64,000 nt of DNA from Azolla caroliniana (taxonomy: Eukaryota > Plantae > Polypodiophyta): positions 19,282,001 through 19,346,000 of the forward strand of contig JBHGNT010000005.1 in NCBI GenBank assembly GCA_043228905.1, written 5' to 3'. Each line of letters begins with the position of its first letter. Position 1 is the first letter of the stretch. The position numbers were made by a program, and so were the translations under genes. Shown here piece by piece: positions 38,545 to 52,600 of the stretch. A model generated the notes under the pieces. The model was not told the DNA's origin and ran no database searches. It was given only the letters and a program-made list of their open reading frames with translations.

Positions 38545-38805
38545 GGATCCGGACCGATTCACAGCCGGTTGCCGATTAGGCACCATTTTATAGCACAGAT
38601 CGGATGCTTATAAAAGGATCTAGATATCATTGTATGAACGACAGAACATTAATATAAGAGTGTGTTATTATTGTCTATATGATCTTTATTCCGTCCTGTG
38701 TTTAATGTATTTGCATTTAACAATTTTCCATGAACAAGAGAGACAACCGGAACTCACCCAATTGAAGAGGTTGAAGATGATGAAGACAATAGAAGACCCG
38801 CAATA
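38545..38805 (+). mobile_element. Truncated, diverged LTR related to the gypsy LTR
   Basis: Shares GGATCCGGACCGATTC, CGGTTGCC and CGGATGC(C/T)TATAAAAGGATC in the same order as the 28111 LTR. Confidence 0.65.
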
Positions 38806-38949
38806 TGTGTTGAGTATGTGGATGCCGACAACACAAGATTCCTTATTTCTATATCTCTTACAAAGCTCTAATCGAGAGCTTTCTAATGCTTAACTTTGTG
38901 CCCAATTCTGTTGTCGATAGAGGTCTCTCTCTCTCTCTCTCTCTCTCTA

Positions 38950-40238
38950 CAAGTTAAGAAACAAACGCCCTACACCCACCTACTCCTTGAGACGAGATCG
39001 CTTCCCATTGAGATCATGGCCATGGAAAGGGTTGAATACATGCTTAAGGTTCAAAAAAGTCCCTCACATTGACTTCCTAGAATTGCTTGGGAAGCAAGCA
39101 AAAAGATCCAACGAGACGCATAAAAGCAAAAATTTGTGTTCCGGTTGGATGCAAGATATAGAAAAATGGTTTGGTAGATGGGATGCGAGACACTTGCTTC
39201 ATGATGCATTATTAGATTCCTCTATAAATGAGGCCTTTTTGCAACGCCAATGCATCATGATTGTTACCGTACGAGATGTACGGGTGATTGATAAGTGAGG
39301 GTGAAAGATGTAATGTATTTGTAATCTTATACGATTACATGAATGTAAGTGTGAGTGTGGTGGATACAAAGAGGTGTGAGTGAGTGACTAGGTGTGAATG
39401 CCCAAGGGGCTTGCACCCTTGTGTATCTACCCTTTTGTACCTAGTTAAACCCTTATGGGGAAATGAATGAATACAATGAACATTTCTATCTCTCTCTCTC
39501 TTTGTCATCTCTCTTCCTCTCTCTCCCCTTAACGTTGAACCCCCTTGGGAGGGGGGTGGAGCCATTCTAGGCACCACCCCCCACCCCACAATGCTTCTCA
39601 ATGCTTGTCGTTTCTCTCACCATCAATCCCATAACGCTCATCATCCTCATCAAACACACCATCTCCATCACCAATCATCATTACCATTAACCCTAACCCT
39701 AAAACCAATAACAATGACATGGGACAAATGTGGAGGCTCACACTTCACACATTATACTACACACGTTGCACCTAACTACAAAACCATATTCTTTGCGGAA
39801 CGGGGAAATCGTACACATCGATACATGTTAAAGCCCATACCGTTATCTACCATTCAAACCATTGCTTCCATGCGACTTAGCTCACATGCATTGCGATGTG
39901 AAACAGGGCGTTGGGGCACAAGTGATGAGAGTGGTCGGCTATGCACACTTTGCCCTAAACAAGTTCGCGAGTCTGAGTATCACACTTTGATACAATGCTC
40001 TGCCTTTGATCATATTCGACCATGCTTTCCACATCTCTTCGACCGAGCCCAATCCTTGCATGAATTCCTCTCACAACCACAATGTGCACTCTCGATTGCA
40101 ACATTCATTGGTAAAGTTCTTGAACATCGAGAGTCACTACTCACTTTCACATGTATCACGTGAAATGTAATCTTTTTGGTCTCATAGGTCATATTTGACC
40201 TCCGAAGATGATAATATAATCTATCTATCTATCTATCT
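38950..40238 (+). mobile_element. 5'-truncated non-L1 LINE (RTE-X-like), interrupted by a solo LTR
   Basis: C-terminal RLSSHALRCETGRW...CTLC...ESEYHTLIQC; 3' stem-loop and (ATCT)n tail. The reading frame is restored when 39262-39713 and one TSD copy are removed. Confidence 0.75.
39262..39713. mobile_element. Solo LTR (452 bp)
   Basis: TGTTA...TAACA termini; TSD ATGAT/ATGAC. A single ATGAC occurs at the homologous empty site near 41060. Confidence 0.8.
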
Positions 40239-40489
40239 CTCATTCACACATAGAGACTGTGTTCTTTGAAGTATGAGCATCAACAAAACTTGTATATACC
40301 TTTGTAAGAAAAGTTGTGTAGTCAATATCTATGGCTCCATGTTGGCTTGTTTATTCTTATTGGCTTGGTGGTTTATAATGTAAGATCAAAGTCATAAATT
40401 TGGGGGAACCTAAAGTTCAATCTTTACTATGGGATAGGCCGCGTCTCATAGATTGCAATGGGTTTCCCATGAACATTAAACATGTGTTT

Positions 40490-41065
40490 CTCCCTTTATG
40501 AGCCACTTGAACTTGTAGAAAGCTTCAAGTACATTGGACTTGAAGTTCCCTCAATCATAGATGGAATGAAGTAAGAAATATAGCATATTATGCATTTAAA
40601 AACACATGCCATGCCAGACAGATTAAAGTTTGGTTCTTGAAAAAAATACATTTTCGACACTTGGTGACCTCAATGCTTCTCTATAGGGTGGAAGTATGGG
40701 GTAGTAGCATCCTTGAGTTCAGTTGGAAAGAGTTTGAAAGAGTCCAAAAGTATTTTCCTACAAACGCTATCCATGTCAAGATACAAATGCCAGACACCTT
40801 CCTACTTCTCAATAGGGGATCATCATTTCCCATTTGAGATCATGTCCATGAAAAGAGTCGTTGAATACATGCCTAAAGTTCCAAAAGTCCTAGAATCATA
40901 TGGGAAGCAAGCAAAAAGATACATAAAAGTAAACTTTTGTGATTCGATTGGAAACAAGATATGGAGTTTTGGCATGGAAGGTAAGATGCAACACACTTGC
41001 TTCATGGTGCATCCATAGATTCCTTTGTGAATGAGACCTTTTTGCACTGCTAATGTATCATGACA
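40490..41065 (+). mobile_element. Second degenerate fragment of the same LINE family
   Basis: LLYRVEVWGSSI...WKEFERVQK. Its 3' part (TTCCCATTTGAGATCATG, GGGAAGCAAGCAAAAGAT) is homologous to 38950-39260. Confidence 0.7.
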
Positions 41066-41552
41066 CGAGTGGGAAACTTAAAAAAAAATGCAGAGATTAT
41101 AATTATAGCTCACGTTTTCTCTTCGATGTGAGATGGGGGTAAGCCTCTCTGCATTCTCTTCGATGCATCGAAACATGCGCAAACCAATGAGTCAGGGAGA
41201 TAGGGGCCATCATCGATTGTGTGTATTGCTCATTGAACAAGTGCAGGATTCAGCTTGCAAACCGCACATTGATGTCAATCTGGTGAGTTCCGGGCACACC
41301 TGGGGTCTACTTCCAAGTTCCCAAACGCACATGTTGTTCTCGATCGGGTTCTGCACCTGAACAACACACGTTGGCAAGAAATGGCTCTCACAAAAAATCT
41401 CAATGCACACTCACTCTCAATTGACCGATGGACGGATGGACTGATTGACTTCCCCACTGAAATTCTCGGACATTGGAACAGAGGCTATTGTCCTGTCTCC
41501 CCAGTTCGGATTTCCGGGAGCCTCCATCCTATTGGCCAGAATATGCTTTGCT

Positions 41553-41577
41553 TGTGTGTGTGTGTGTATATACATAC

Positions 41578-41617
<40 letters not shown>

Positions 41618-41651
41618 AATACATACATATATATATATATATATAATATAA
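41553..41651. repeat. (TG)n/(TA)n microsatellite upstream of NFU
   Basis: Seen directly in the sequence. Confidence 0.9.
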
Positions 41652-41748
41652 ATCTTCTCCATATCCACAGATCATCCATCTCTGCTACAATTAGGGTTTT
41701 GTACCTTCTGTGCCTGCCTGTGACGAGAGATAGAGATAAGAGATAGAG

Positions 41749-44690
41749 ATGCATACTCTGCACCTTCAACCTCCTTGTCTCTCATCTCACACATCGCGGC
41801 TACAGCTTGCATCACAGGTAATTGGAAATGACTAAAGAAGTTTCTTTCTTTCTTTCTTGCCTTTGGGTCCTTCAAAATGCTTCTAATTATGTACACGTGT
41901 ACTTTCTTCTTCTTCTTCTTCTTTTTCTTATGTCAGGCCTTCTCACATGGCTATGTCTACTCCACCAACATTCAAACGCTCGGCAATCATTCATTGTTGA
42001 GAATTCAAACACATCCTAAATCGCAGACAGGTAAAACAAAAGCCTTAAACCATGAAATTTTGATGATGTCTTTTCAAATGTTTATGACTTTATGTTGTCA
42101 CCAATCATATTTAATGGGATGATGCTTTTGTATCTGTTGACATCTACAATTTGGTGTTGCCTTTGATTTGATGGTTTCATCTATAATGTTTTGTTTTGAT
42201 GAAGCTGTTAATATGATGTTACTATTAATTTGCACACACATTCATACTCTTGAAATTTTGATTTCATATTTTCTTTGATTTGATGCTGCCTTTTATCATG
42301 TGGGATTGGATTATTTCTTTGATTTGATTTCATCATTCATTGCCATGCATTCACAAACTTCCTTGATCTTAGAGTGGTAAACCTTGAGATTGAAAAGCTT
42401 CAAAACTTATAATTTCATTCTTTCTATAATTTTGTGATGTTTTCATTTTATCATGACATGTATTGTATCTTTGATTTGATGTCGTCTTTCGTGGAGTTTT
42501 TAGTTCACTGCTTGATTTGATGATGTTTTTGATTTAATGTTGTATTTAATTTGATGATGTCTTCATGCAATTTTAATAGAATGATATGTGGGGATTGTAG
42601 TGTCTCAAGCTTTAGCAAGCCCAAAGGCGGCGTCAACCGATGGCTCTTTAGCCTTAACAGAAGAGAATGTGGAATCTGTTCTTGATGAGGTTCGGCCTTA
42701 CTTGATGTCTGATGGTGGTGATGTGGAATTGTATGAGATTGATGGCCTGATAGTCAAGTTAAGGCTTAAGGGAGCTTGTGGATCTTGTCCTAGTTCTATG
42801 ATGACAATGAAAATGGGCATCGAACGCAAATTGATGGAGAAGATTCCTGAAATTATTGGTGTAGAGCAAGTCATGGATCAAGAGACAGGCCTTGAATTGA
42901 ACGAAGAGAATATTGAAAAGGTGAGCTTAATTTGCATTTGAAAACGTTGACAAAGTAGTTTTATCTTTAGGTAACTTTCAAGCATTTAGTTCTCTCAGTT
43001 ATAGTTGATTATATCTATACAAATGGTGCAAATTGAAAGCAAAGAAAAAGAAAAGGAAAAACCAAATCGGGGGCTAAATTATAATGCAATAGGAATAAGA
43101 TAAGACATTGAGACCTCAGACAGGCTCATCACAAGGTCTATATTCTTTTAGTTTATTTCATGTTTGTGGCTTTCACATGGGTGCTAGGGTTCAGGAAGGT
43201 CAGACTTTAATATAATAAGCATGGCTAGCCTTCTTTCAAGTGAGTGACAAGCTTCACCCATTCACTTGGTCTGCCACCTATTTGAGAGAGGCCTTAGCCA
43301 GCCCCATGCTAGTCAGTAGTTGGGAGGACAAATGAGTTGTCATTATAAAAGTATATCATTCTATATGTGCAATATCTTGTGTTAAGTCAAATTAAGTTCA
43401 CAAGATGGATCTGAAATGTCTTAGTGTCTTCAGTGGTTTCTTGTTGTTATGCCAACGTGTATTAGGAAGGTTAATGAGTCATAGAAAGTTTATCTACTAA
43501 ATTTCACCACATATTCTCCCCTCATGGATACTCCTAATAATTAGCGCATCAGGGTGAACAGTTTTAAGAGGGTGAGAGGCCCTCTGGCAAGAGAGTTCAC
43601 GCTCTCTAATCAAATCATGAAAAATCATCAGTTACTTTAGAGATGCCGATCCATTAGCTGGTGACTGCCAACTACATGCCAGGGATACAATGTGTAGGGT
43701 AGGACTGCATTCTAATAAAATCTCAAAGCATAAAATAATCATTAGTTAAGTAGAGAGGCCTATAACCACATGCTAGGGATACAATGTGTAGGATAGGAGT
43801 TATCCTACACATTGTATCTCTGGCATGTGGTTGGTTGTCAACTACTAGTGTTGTCTGTAATTAGCTCATGGTATTTTATGCTTCAAGATTTGATTAGAAT
43901 GTGTGTGAATTCTCTTGCTGGAGAACCTCTCACCCTCTTAAACTTTTCACACTGGCTCCTTGTTAGGAGTGTCTGTGCAGGGAGGATATGTGTCCATTGA
44001 TGTAAATCATTAGTCTCCACTCCAACTGCTAGGGCCATATTATGTCTGTATGATGAAATCAGGACTTCCCAGGGGGTCAACTGTCCAAATGCTGTTCTGG
44101 CTTAAGCTCGCAAGATTTGATTAGAGATTTGATCCCATAACTGAAGACTCCACATGCTCCTTATTAGGAGTGTCCATGAGGAGAAGATATGTTCTGTGGT
44201 TTAATTTGCGAGAGTTCACTGAGTGGATAACACTGAGTTGGGAAATTCCGAGTCATGTCTGCCTAAAGAGTAAAAGAGTAGTATGAAAGCAAGATAAAAA
44301 CTAAACTATTAAAGCCTATGTGTGAATCACTGTGAAATATAATGCTATGAAAATTAGTGGTACTTCTCATTACTTGAGACTGCTATTTAGTAAGATTTAA
44401 ATTATTTTCTCACGCCAAATGTTCACTAGGATTTAGTACGTATTGAACTTTGTTTTGTCTTGTTCCTGCTGGTTATGAAATTTGTTTATTTCATCTACCA
44501 GGTTCTATCTGAAATTAGACCTTACTTAAGTGGAACTGGTGGAGGGGAGCTTGATTTGGAAAAGATTGATGGTCCGGTCGTGAAGATACGAATAAGTGGG
44601 CCGGCTGCCCAAGTAATGACGGTGCGAGTGGCTGTCACGCAGAAACTGCGGGAAAAAATTCCAATGATTGCGGCTGTACAATTGTTGTAG
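41749..44690 (+). CDS. NFU: Plastid NifU-like Fe-S cluster carrier (NFU2/NFU3-type), 4 exons
   Basis: Exons 41749-41817, 41937-42030, 42601-42920, 44502-44690. [22 protein letters not shown]...GACGSCPSS (CxxC) plus a second degenerate NFU domain; transit-peptide-like exons 1-2. Confidence 0.92.
43508..44192. repeat. Intronic inverted-repeat cluster of a ~200-bp element
   Basis: 43508-43705 is the diverged reverse complement of 43801-43992; partial copies at 43710-43797 and 44110-44192. Confidence 0.8.
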
Positions 44691-45888
44691 TATCTTGTGT
44701 AATTTTGTTTTGATCAATGATATTGTTTGTACATATAAGCAGTTGTTTGTTGGTCTTTGTAACAGTAAATTTATCAGATTTTATTTAAGAAAGGGAAAAA
44801 ACCATAAACTGTTTAATATTTCTGAGAAACCAAGGTTAGTGCTATATTTTTATGATGATTTTATTTCTCAATGAAATCAATTACTTTTTTAATCAAATCC
44901 CAGGTTGGAACTTACCTTTTAGGACTTCCATTAGGTCTATTTACTTGCCTACAATTTTAAAATCATTGAACTTGGCAATTTTCCCAAATATTGATGATAC
45001 TTATATCCGTAGGTTATAACCTTTGCAAATGGACCTTACGTCTAGGCAAATGAAGGGTTCTTTGTAAATGAGAATTGGAGAAAAGGGATGAAGAATTAAC
45101 CACAATGTTTTGCTCATGTTTATTCATTTCTTTGTTAGGAGCATATCCTTCTGCATTACCAAGGATTATATAACTATATAACAGTCAAAAAATAAAGACT
45201 TCCCTTTCGATATATGTCGGTAGACAAATGCTGGGATGGTTTTGTTACTCCTTGGGTATTATGGGTATCTATTTCACCTGAATTGTGTCTAGAAATTGTT
45301 AGTGAAAGAGACCGTATATGGACTACAAATTATGCCACCAACGTGATGTAATCAAAGAATCCTGTTTCAAATGGTTGATTTGGTCCATACCATTAAAATT
45401 GTGCATTCTGCAACATTTATATGCATCAAAGCAAAGTACTGAGGAATAGATTGATGTGCTTTAAGTTCCCCCATGAAAGTTTCAATGCAAACAACAATTC
45501 ATGCAAAAGAAATAAAAAGTAAAGAAAAGAGGTATATATCATTTAGGAGGCCAAAGTGGCCTCTTGAGACCAAATAAATAATAAAAGAAATGTATGGCCT
45601 CAAGAAGCAAATACTCAGTATAGGAATGTACTCAGAAATAGCGAAGACCAACTTTTCAACAACAATTAGCAATTAATTTATACACCATCCCAATTAATTT
45701 ATACATATGGTATGTAATACATCATATTTATAGTTTGTAAAATGCAGGTAAACTTCATTCAAAATCCAAGAAAACATTTTGATGTTGCAATGTCTTAACA
45801 ATTATGTTTAAACATCCATTATTATTACTTGTCCTCCATGTCACATATTTGATTCCAGAGTTGGGGTCAAATTTGAAAGATCAAGCAT

Positions 45889-46233
45889 CATATGTACAGG
45901 AATTAAATGTGCATGTAGACTTTGCATCATTCAGCACGGTTGATAGTAAGTATGATTGTGAGTTCCTAATCCTTCAGAAATACTGTTCTGCACAATGAAA
46001 TTAAAGGGTCATATGTACATGAATTAAATGTGCCTGTAGACTTGCATCATTCAGCACGGTTGATTGTGAGTTCCTAATCCTTCAGAAATACTGTTCTGCA
46101 CAATGAAATTACAGTGTCATATGTACATGAATTAAATGTGCCTGTAGACTTGCATCATTCAGCACGGTTGATAGTAAGTATGATTGTGAGTTCCTAATCC
46201 TTGAGAAATACTGTTCTGCACAATGAAATTACA
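45889..46233. repeat. Three tandem units of about 108-121 bp
   Basis: CATATGTACA...CACAATGAAATTA units start at about 45889, 46010 and 46118. Confidence 0.9.
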
Positions 46234-46656
46234 GGAATGAGCTGATGTCGAGCAATTATCCTTCACATCTTAACGTGTTTTGGTATGTAAATGTCAATCC
46301 ACAACTTTTGGTTAGGAACAAAAAGACGATAACACGCTCTAATCAATGCAAAAAGTTGAAATATGTATATTTTTAATTAATACGACCTTTTCAGTATTCC
46401 TCTTCTGGAACAAAATCTATCGTCAAGAGACGATTGTTTTGCTTATGGTGTGATGCATTGAGACATGCTTATTTTTATTTCATTGGGCATTGATGTGCCC
46501 TCATATTTTGTGCTAGGCTTGAGGCAACATTTACCCATTTCCAAATGGGATATATGTGAAAATTCTTTTAGATAGCAAAGTTCCCAACCTTTTTTTGTTT
46601 TTGAAGGACAATTCAAAAATGAATACCTCACAAAACTTCTCTAACCACTCACTACT

Positions 46657-49600
46657 TCAAGGGACTTTGAGCTTTTGCACAATCCGTTCTGCCCCTTCTC
46701 TCCATCCATCTACTACTTTCAGCGTCCCATCTCGAATGCTTGAAGTGACCCCAGCCACTGCCGCAGGAACAGTAACCTTGATTTCATCCACAGCCTTGGG
46801 GACACCCATTTTCACATCTTCTACTGCCTTTGTTATGATGTTAGTGCCATTAATCTTTGCTTCTTGAAACTTTTCCTGAAATCCTCCAGCGAGCTCGATA
46901 ACTCGACGCTCTACGGTGTGAAAAACAATGTAGACGAATCGCAACAATCTTAACACTGCCTCTACGAACAAGTCAACTAAATCCTTGGTTTTCGTGATGA
47001 GCCCATCTATCGATAATTGAGGCAACTTTGGCTCTGTATATGTTGGGCCTGTGAATTGTAAATCTGTTGCTTTATTGAGTTGATCGACACCTTCAATTTC
47101 AGAGTTCTTCATTGGTTCCCCTTCTGAGACCTCATTGTTTTGTGCTGGAGGTTCTCTCACTTCTTCGGTGTGCTCCTTGGCGCGCCGCTCCAGTTCTTCA
47201 CTACTTAACTTTTGTCTCATTTCTTCCAGCACCTTTGCATGTGACTGCGCCTTTCTTGCTTCATCTTCAGCCCAAATCCTTCAAATTTTCCACATGCAAA
47301 AACAGAAATTTAGAGATTTGAACCAGCTTCAGTCCACATAAATATTCAAATCATCGTTCCCACAAAAAACCCATCAAACGTCAGCTCAACACCTCATGAA
47401 TCCCAAATGTAGAAAATAGGAGTCAAGATGAGAACCATCTTCTTACTAATCCTTCCATAATCTCAGAAACAGAAAAAAGAGATGAGAAATACTAATAACA
47501 CAAAGCATATACATATTAAAACAAACAGTTAATCTTTGGTCCAAATCCTTCAAAAATCCCTTAAATTAATAACACTTTGAAATAAGAAACACCCAACAGG
47601 AAAGTGTGCAAACATTAAAATATCTCACAAGTAAAATAAAATTATGATTTGTGAAGAGAAACCCAAGCAAGAAAAGGTAATAACTATTCATAAATTCCAT
47701 TTTTTAAGCAAATGAAAAAACATTTCTCACATAGACATGACTCATTGAGAGTTATAAAGAGTCGCTAATTTTTTTTGTTACCTGGCCAGAGCAAGTGCGT
47801 TTCTCTCGACCTCAACCTCCAACCGAAGCTCGTTTATAACCGCCTTTTCCTTTTCAGCTTCAGTGAATAGCTTATTTGCCTTCTCTCTCTCAAATACAGC
47901 CTCCAATTTTTCAGTGGACAAAGCCAAAGCTTGATTATCCACGTCCCTCCTGAAGCTCAAGAGAAAATCTTTTTCTGCATCTAACAATGCCCGCTCCTTG
48001 AGCAAAGTATATTTCTCCTCATCCCTTTCTAGCTTCAATTGTTCTAGCTCCGCCTTCATCATTTCTACCAACTTGGAAGCGGCATGATGCTTCTCTGTCT
48101 CCACTTGTAGAAGCCCTTCAAATTCAGCAGCCATTTCCTGCTGAGTTCTTTTCTCTAAAGCTAGCTCAGCTGCAACAGCAGCTTCAGCTATAGAATCTGC
48201 TTCTATCCTTGCCAATTCCTCAGATATGACATCCCAAGCTTCTCCGGTAGAAAGTGCAACTGCTGCCTGACTTTTGGTAACGGGTTTTTCAGGCTGGAAC
48301 CTTCTTGTATAGCCTAATGATATCAAACATCTCAACAACAATGCTCAGTAGAAATATTTACCAAAATGTGCAAGTAAACATACCGAAAGCTAAAGCAACG
48401 ATGCTTCGTTCTCCTGCAGTAGCATCCTCCAATAAAGCTGGAATTGCATCTCGATGTATTTTGTCGATATCAATAAATCCACATGCTTCTCGAAGTTTCT
48501 GAGCGAAGTATGCGGAATTTCAGCATACATGAAAAAATCATGACCAATCCACAATTAGAAGTGTTAATTTATGCGAGCATCATCGTGGGAGGGATTTTTG
48601 TTCAGGCAAATTAGCTGCAAAAAAACTCTCATTTTGTGCAATAACGTAATCTAATGTAAGTGTACTTGTCTTCAAAAACATGCTCTGTTAAAAGAATATA
48701 AATTTTAAAACAATCATAACCACAACAAAATCACAAAGATAATAAATTTAGAAACAATCATTCTATTGAACATCTATCAATATCATATATACCACTTGCC
48801 ATTTGAACACTAAAAGATAAAATGAAAACTCGGCTCACACTTTGCACTAATCAAGAATTTTCTCACACAAAGATGCTTGCAAAAAGTTCAACCCAGCTAA
48901 ACTACCTCTTTTCCTGTTGTGGCAGGAATTGCAGGTGAGAAAACAGGCTTCCATTCTAATGCCATCTTCCAAGTAAGTAAATCTTGGCGTGTAAGAGGAC
49001 TGAATGTACCAAAACAGAATCACCCTCTGTCATTGATATTACATCATCATTAATAACCTTATGATTAAATTACCTGTCTGGTGAGAAAGTTGAATCGATA
49101 TCATCGATATTTCCAGTTTGTAAGGAATCGTCTTGTAATAACCTGCTAGAAATCAACCCTGCTTCAGCTAAACCTGAAAACCAACAGTAGATCAATCAAA
49201 ATTAACAATTTGAGGATCGGTTTTCAAAGTTGAACAATCTATCTATATTACCTTGAATGAAAGGGAAATCAGGATCCTCCGGTTGCACGTCATCATATGC
49301 AAGCTTGGTAACATTCTCAATATACATAGCAGGAAACACTTTGTGGGAGGGACTTCTGCATGGCACGACAACCAACTTGCCATTAATTTATAAGTTACAT
49401 TTAGAGGTGAAATAATTCCAGACAAATATACTCTGCAGTATTACAGTGTAGAGTGAACCCAGGCACTGTACTTCCTTTTGCATATGCAGTTGAAACATCA
49501 AAAAATAAGGATAATCTAAGAAAGTAAGAACATGGGGTGAAATATGAAACCACATGCTTCAAATTGTTTTTACTAGAGTAAGCTGTAAACAGAAACCATT

Positions 49601-52600
49601 ATATAGATCCCCATCGTAGGCAAAGTTACTGATGACAGACATTCTACAGCTTTTTATTTGTTTCTCTCAATCTAGCACAATTAAGATGTGGGGATTTCAG
49701 ATGGTCCAACATAACAATATTGCATTCTCTATTAGGGATTCCTAAATTTTTATTTTTCGAACATGTGAAGAAGCTACAAGATGTATATTGGCTTGGTCTC
49801 ATAGGCTACATTGGCCTCTTTAGATATGTTAACATTTCGAACAAACAAACAAGCTACATGATGCACATTAGTGTGGTCTCATAGGCGACATTGGCTTCTT
49901 TAGAGATGTTAACACACCTTTAATTCTTCTTCCTACCCTTTTGCCATTCTTTTATAATCGTGGCCTGAGCTGTGGCTCATCATTGCAGGGAATGGCTATA
50001 TAGAGATGTCCTATCATTATTTTATTGTGCGTGAACGCATCTGATCATGTCACTCCTTGGAGAAACTCAGACTACATTGATAAACATGATATTCCCATTT
50101 CCATTTCCATGAGATCAAGATAAAAATACCAAGTCTGATGGAGGATCCAGAAAAGACCCTGAACAATGTAGCACTTCAGAACCACCAAACTACATGGGCC
50201 TGAGATGAGATCCAGGCAAGTATGTTTAGCAGGGTCCCTTCCAGCATATTTTAAAACATAAAAAACAGGTTGCATTGAGGATGGCAACATGGCAATGCAA
50301 TGTTACATCTTCCCCAGCAATGTAGCATATGGTTATCTAAGCATGGTACAAAAGATGTCTTGGTCATGTGACATACAAAGAGATTTAATATGTAAAGGCA
50401 AAGTGATGCATTCTAAGTTTGATTCTATATTATACCAGATGCCAAGGATAAAATCATAGGATGATTTAGAGTTATTACTATTACCACTGGAAAAGGTGGA
50501 CCAGATTGGGGAGCTGAAAGAGTGGATGCAAAACTAGGGAGGGACCAGAATTAAGCCTCTATAGCCCAAACATCTTTATTACATCCAGGTTTAACCTTTA
50601 TGAAATGGTCATCACTAAATTTGGTTCTTGCAAACCTTCAAGATAAATCACAAAATTTCATCCTTGCCTACCACTACATATTAAGGCATGCCTGGTTGGC
50701 TGAAAATAGTAAATTCTAATGTAGCATTCCAAGACTTCATGGTATCAAATAATGTATGTTCAATCCAATAACGAATAACAATAATCCATCACTTACCACA
50801 ACCACTGAAAATTTAGCTGATCACAAAATAGATGTGCTAGTCAATATGTTCATTTACAAACAAGGTATAGAACTTGGTAACACACCTTGATAGTGCAGCA
50901 CTTGCTCCAATTAGCCAACGTGCATAGTCTCGTCTTTTACAAATGCAACTAGGTTCCACTCCTGCTTCAATAACCTATAAAATCACATCATATTGTGAAT
51001 TTGAAATCCCACAGTTCCTGGATAATACTCCATATTCAGGATCAGACAGACATCTCAACCTGAACGACTTACTTTCAGACCTTGCAGTGCCACCATCACT
51101 TGCTCTTGCATGTGGTCAACAGATGCACCAACTACTACCTGACCTGTTTTTGGTAGTTGGCTTGATGGGGTACGAGGAGCAGTTATTCCAATGGACAAAT
51201 ATGCATGTCCAGTTTCCGTAACAGAGGAGCCGGGCTCAGTTTTAGAGATGTCATTTTGTTGATCAGAGACAATTTCAAGATTTTGCAGAGTTTTTTCAAC
51301 ATCATCAATCAAGAATAAATCAGTCTCATCTAGAACTGACGGAGTTCCTTGGTGCTCTTCTAAAATGATAAGTGTTTCCTTTTGAGAATCATCCTCAGCC
51401 AGCACACTTGATGGAGTAGATGAATCTTCTTTAGCAGGACCAGACAAAAAAAAATTATGTTCTTCTGATATGGCAACTTCTTCCGTAAAAGATCCGTTCT
51501 CTGGCAGCACAGTTAATGGAACAGATATATCCTCTTCAACAGTATAGGACACACTATCTTGGTGTTCTGCTATGGTAAGAGCTTCCTTCAGAGAATCGTC
51601 TACAGTCAACACAATGGATGGCGCAGCTGAATCTTCTTCAACATTATCGGAGATCTCAGAATTGAATGAAACATCATTACTTTCTGCAACGGCTTCTTCA
51701 TCAGCCATTGTTGTTATGGCTAAGTCAGGTATATCGGTGTCAATAGCATCACCACTTATATTTGCTCCTTCCAATGTAACATCCTCAGAGATGGACAATG
51801 GGGTATCAGATTCAGCTGCCTGTAGAGGCTCCTCTTTTTCTTCCAAACTTCCGGTAGATGCAAAATTATCTATCTTCTCTATGTTTTCTCCATCTCTGTT
51901 CTCTTGAACATGAATATCAGGCACACTAACATCTATATGTGTCTCTCTTTGGTCTTTCAAAGTTTTGTCCTGGTCATTTATAGAATATTGTATGCTCTCA
52001 CCACTCCCATCTGAAGTACTGTTCGTCTCTGCATCCTCCAATCCTTTGGAAGTTGACACTGATTCAATTATTGGAGGCGTAACTGCAAATTCTCTTGATG
52101 CATCTGCAGATCCATCACGGCATTCAGAAGAAAAACATGAAAACCACTATAACCCTTTAAATAACCGTATTATGGAATGGATCTGCAAAGAGAATAGGGC
52201 ACCACGAAATATAAAATACCCTATAGACTTACTATGCAATAAAAATTTAGAACTACTCATTGTAATGGTCAGATTTGAATCCTTCTCCTGATTCTGCAAA
52301 TAGGTGCTAAGTTACCGTTGTGACATTATGCAATGCATGAAATAAATACATATACATATAAGAAAGCCTGATCATAAATCCATCCTCTGATGTGTCTAAA
52401 AATAGTGCCTTGCAGTGGACAATTTTCCTCTCAAGAGATGTTGTGAAGCTCAGCCATGTTCTTTCATTATCCAGTTAATTGATATCGACTCAGATCACTC
52501 TATTTTTTCCCATTATAGGCATATTTAGATGTGAAAATCCAAGCTATATTGAAATGGAGATAATACTTTTATGCTGCTGCCATACGATTGGAACCATTCT

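Noticed and set aside
41133-41770. Small ORFs upstream of NFU
   Set aside because: No recognisable motifs, and several are products of the (TA)n microsatellite.
43508-44192. Hammerhead ribozyme or Penelope pseudo-LTR
   Set aside because: CTGANGA-like words are present but I found no correctly placed GAAA core with three stems.
45889-46233. CRISPR-like array
   Set aside because: The units are full tandem copies with no unique spacers, no cas genes are present, and the context is eukaryotic.
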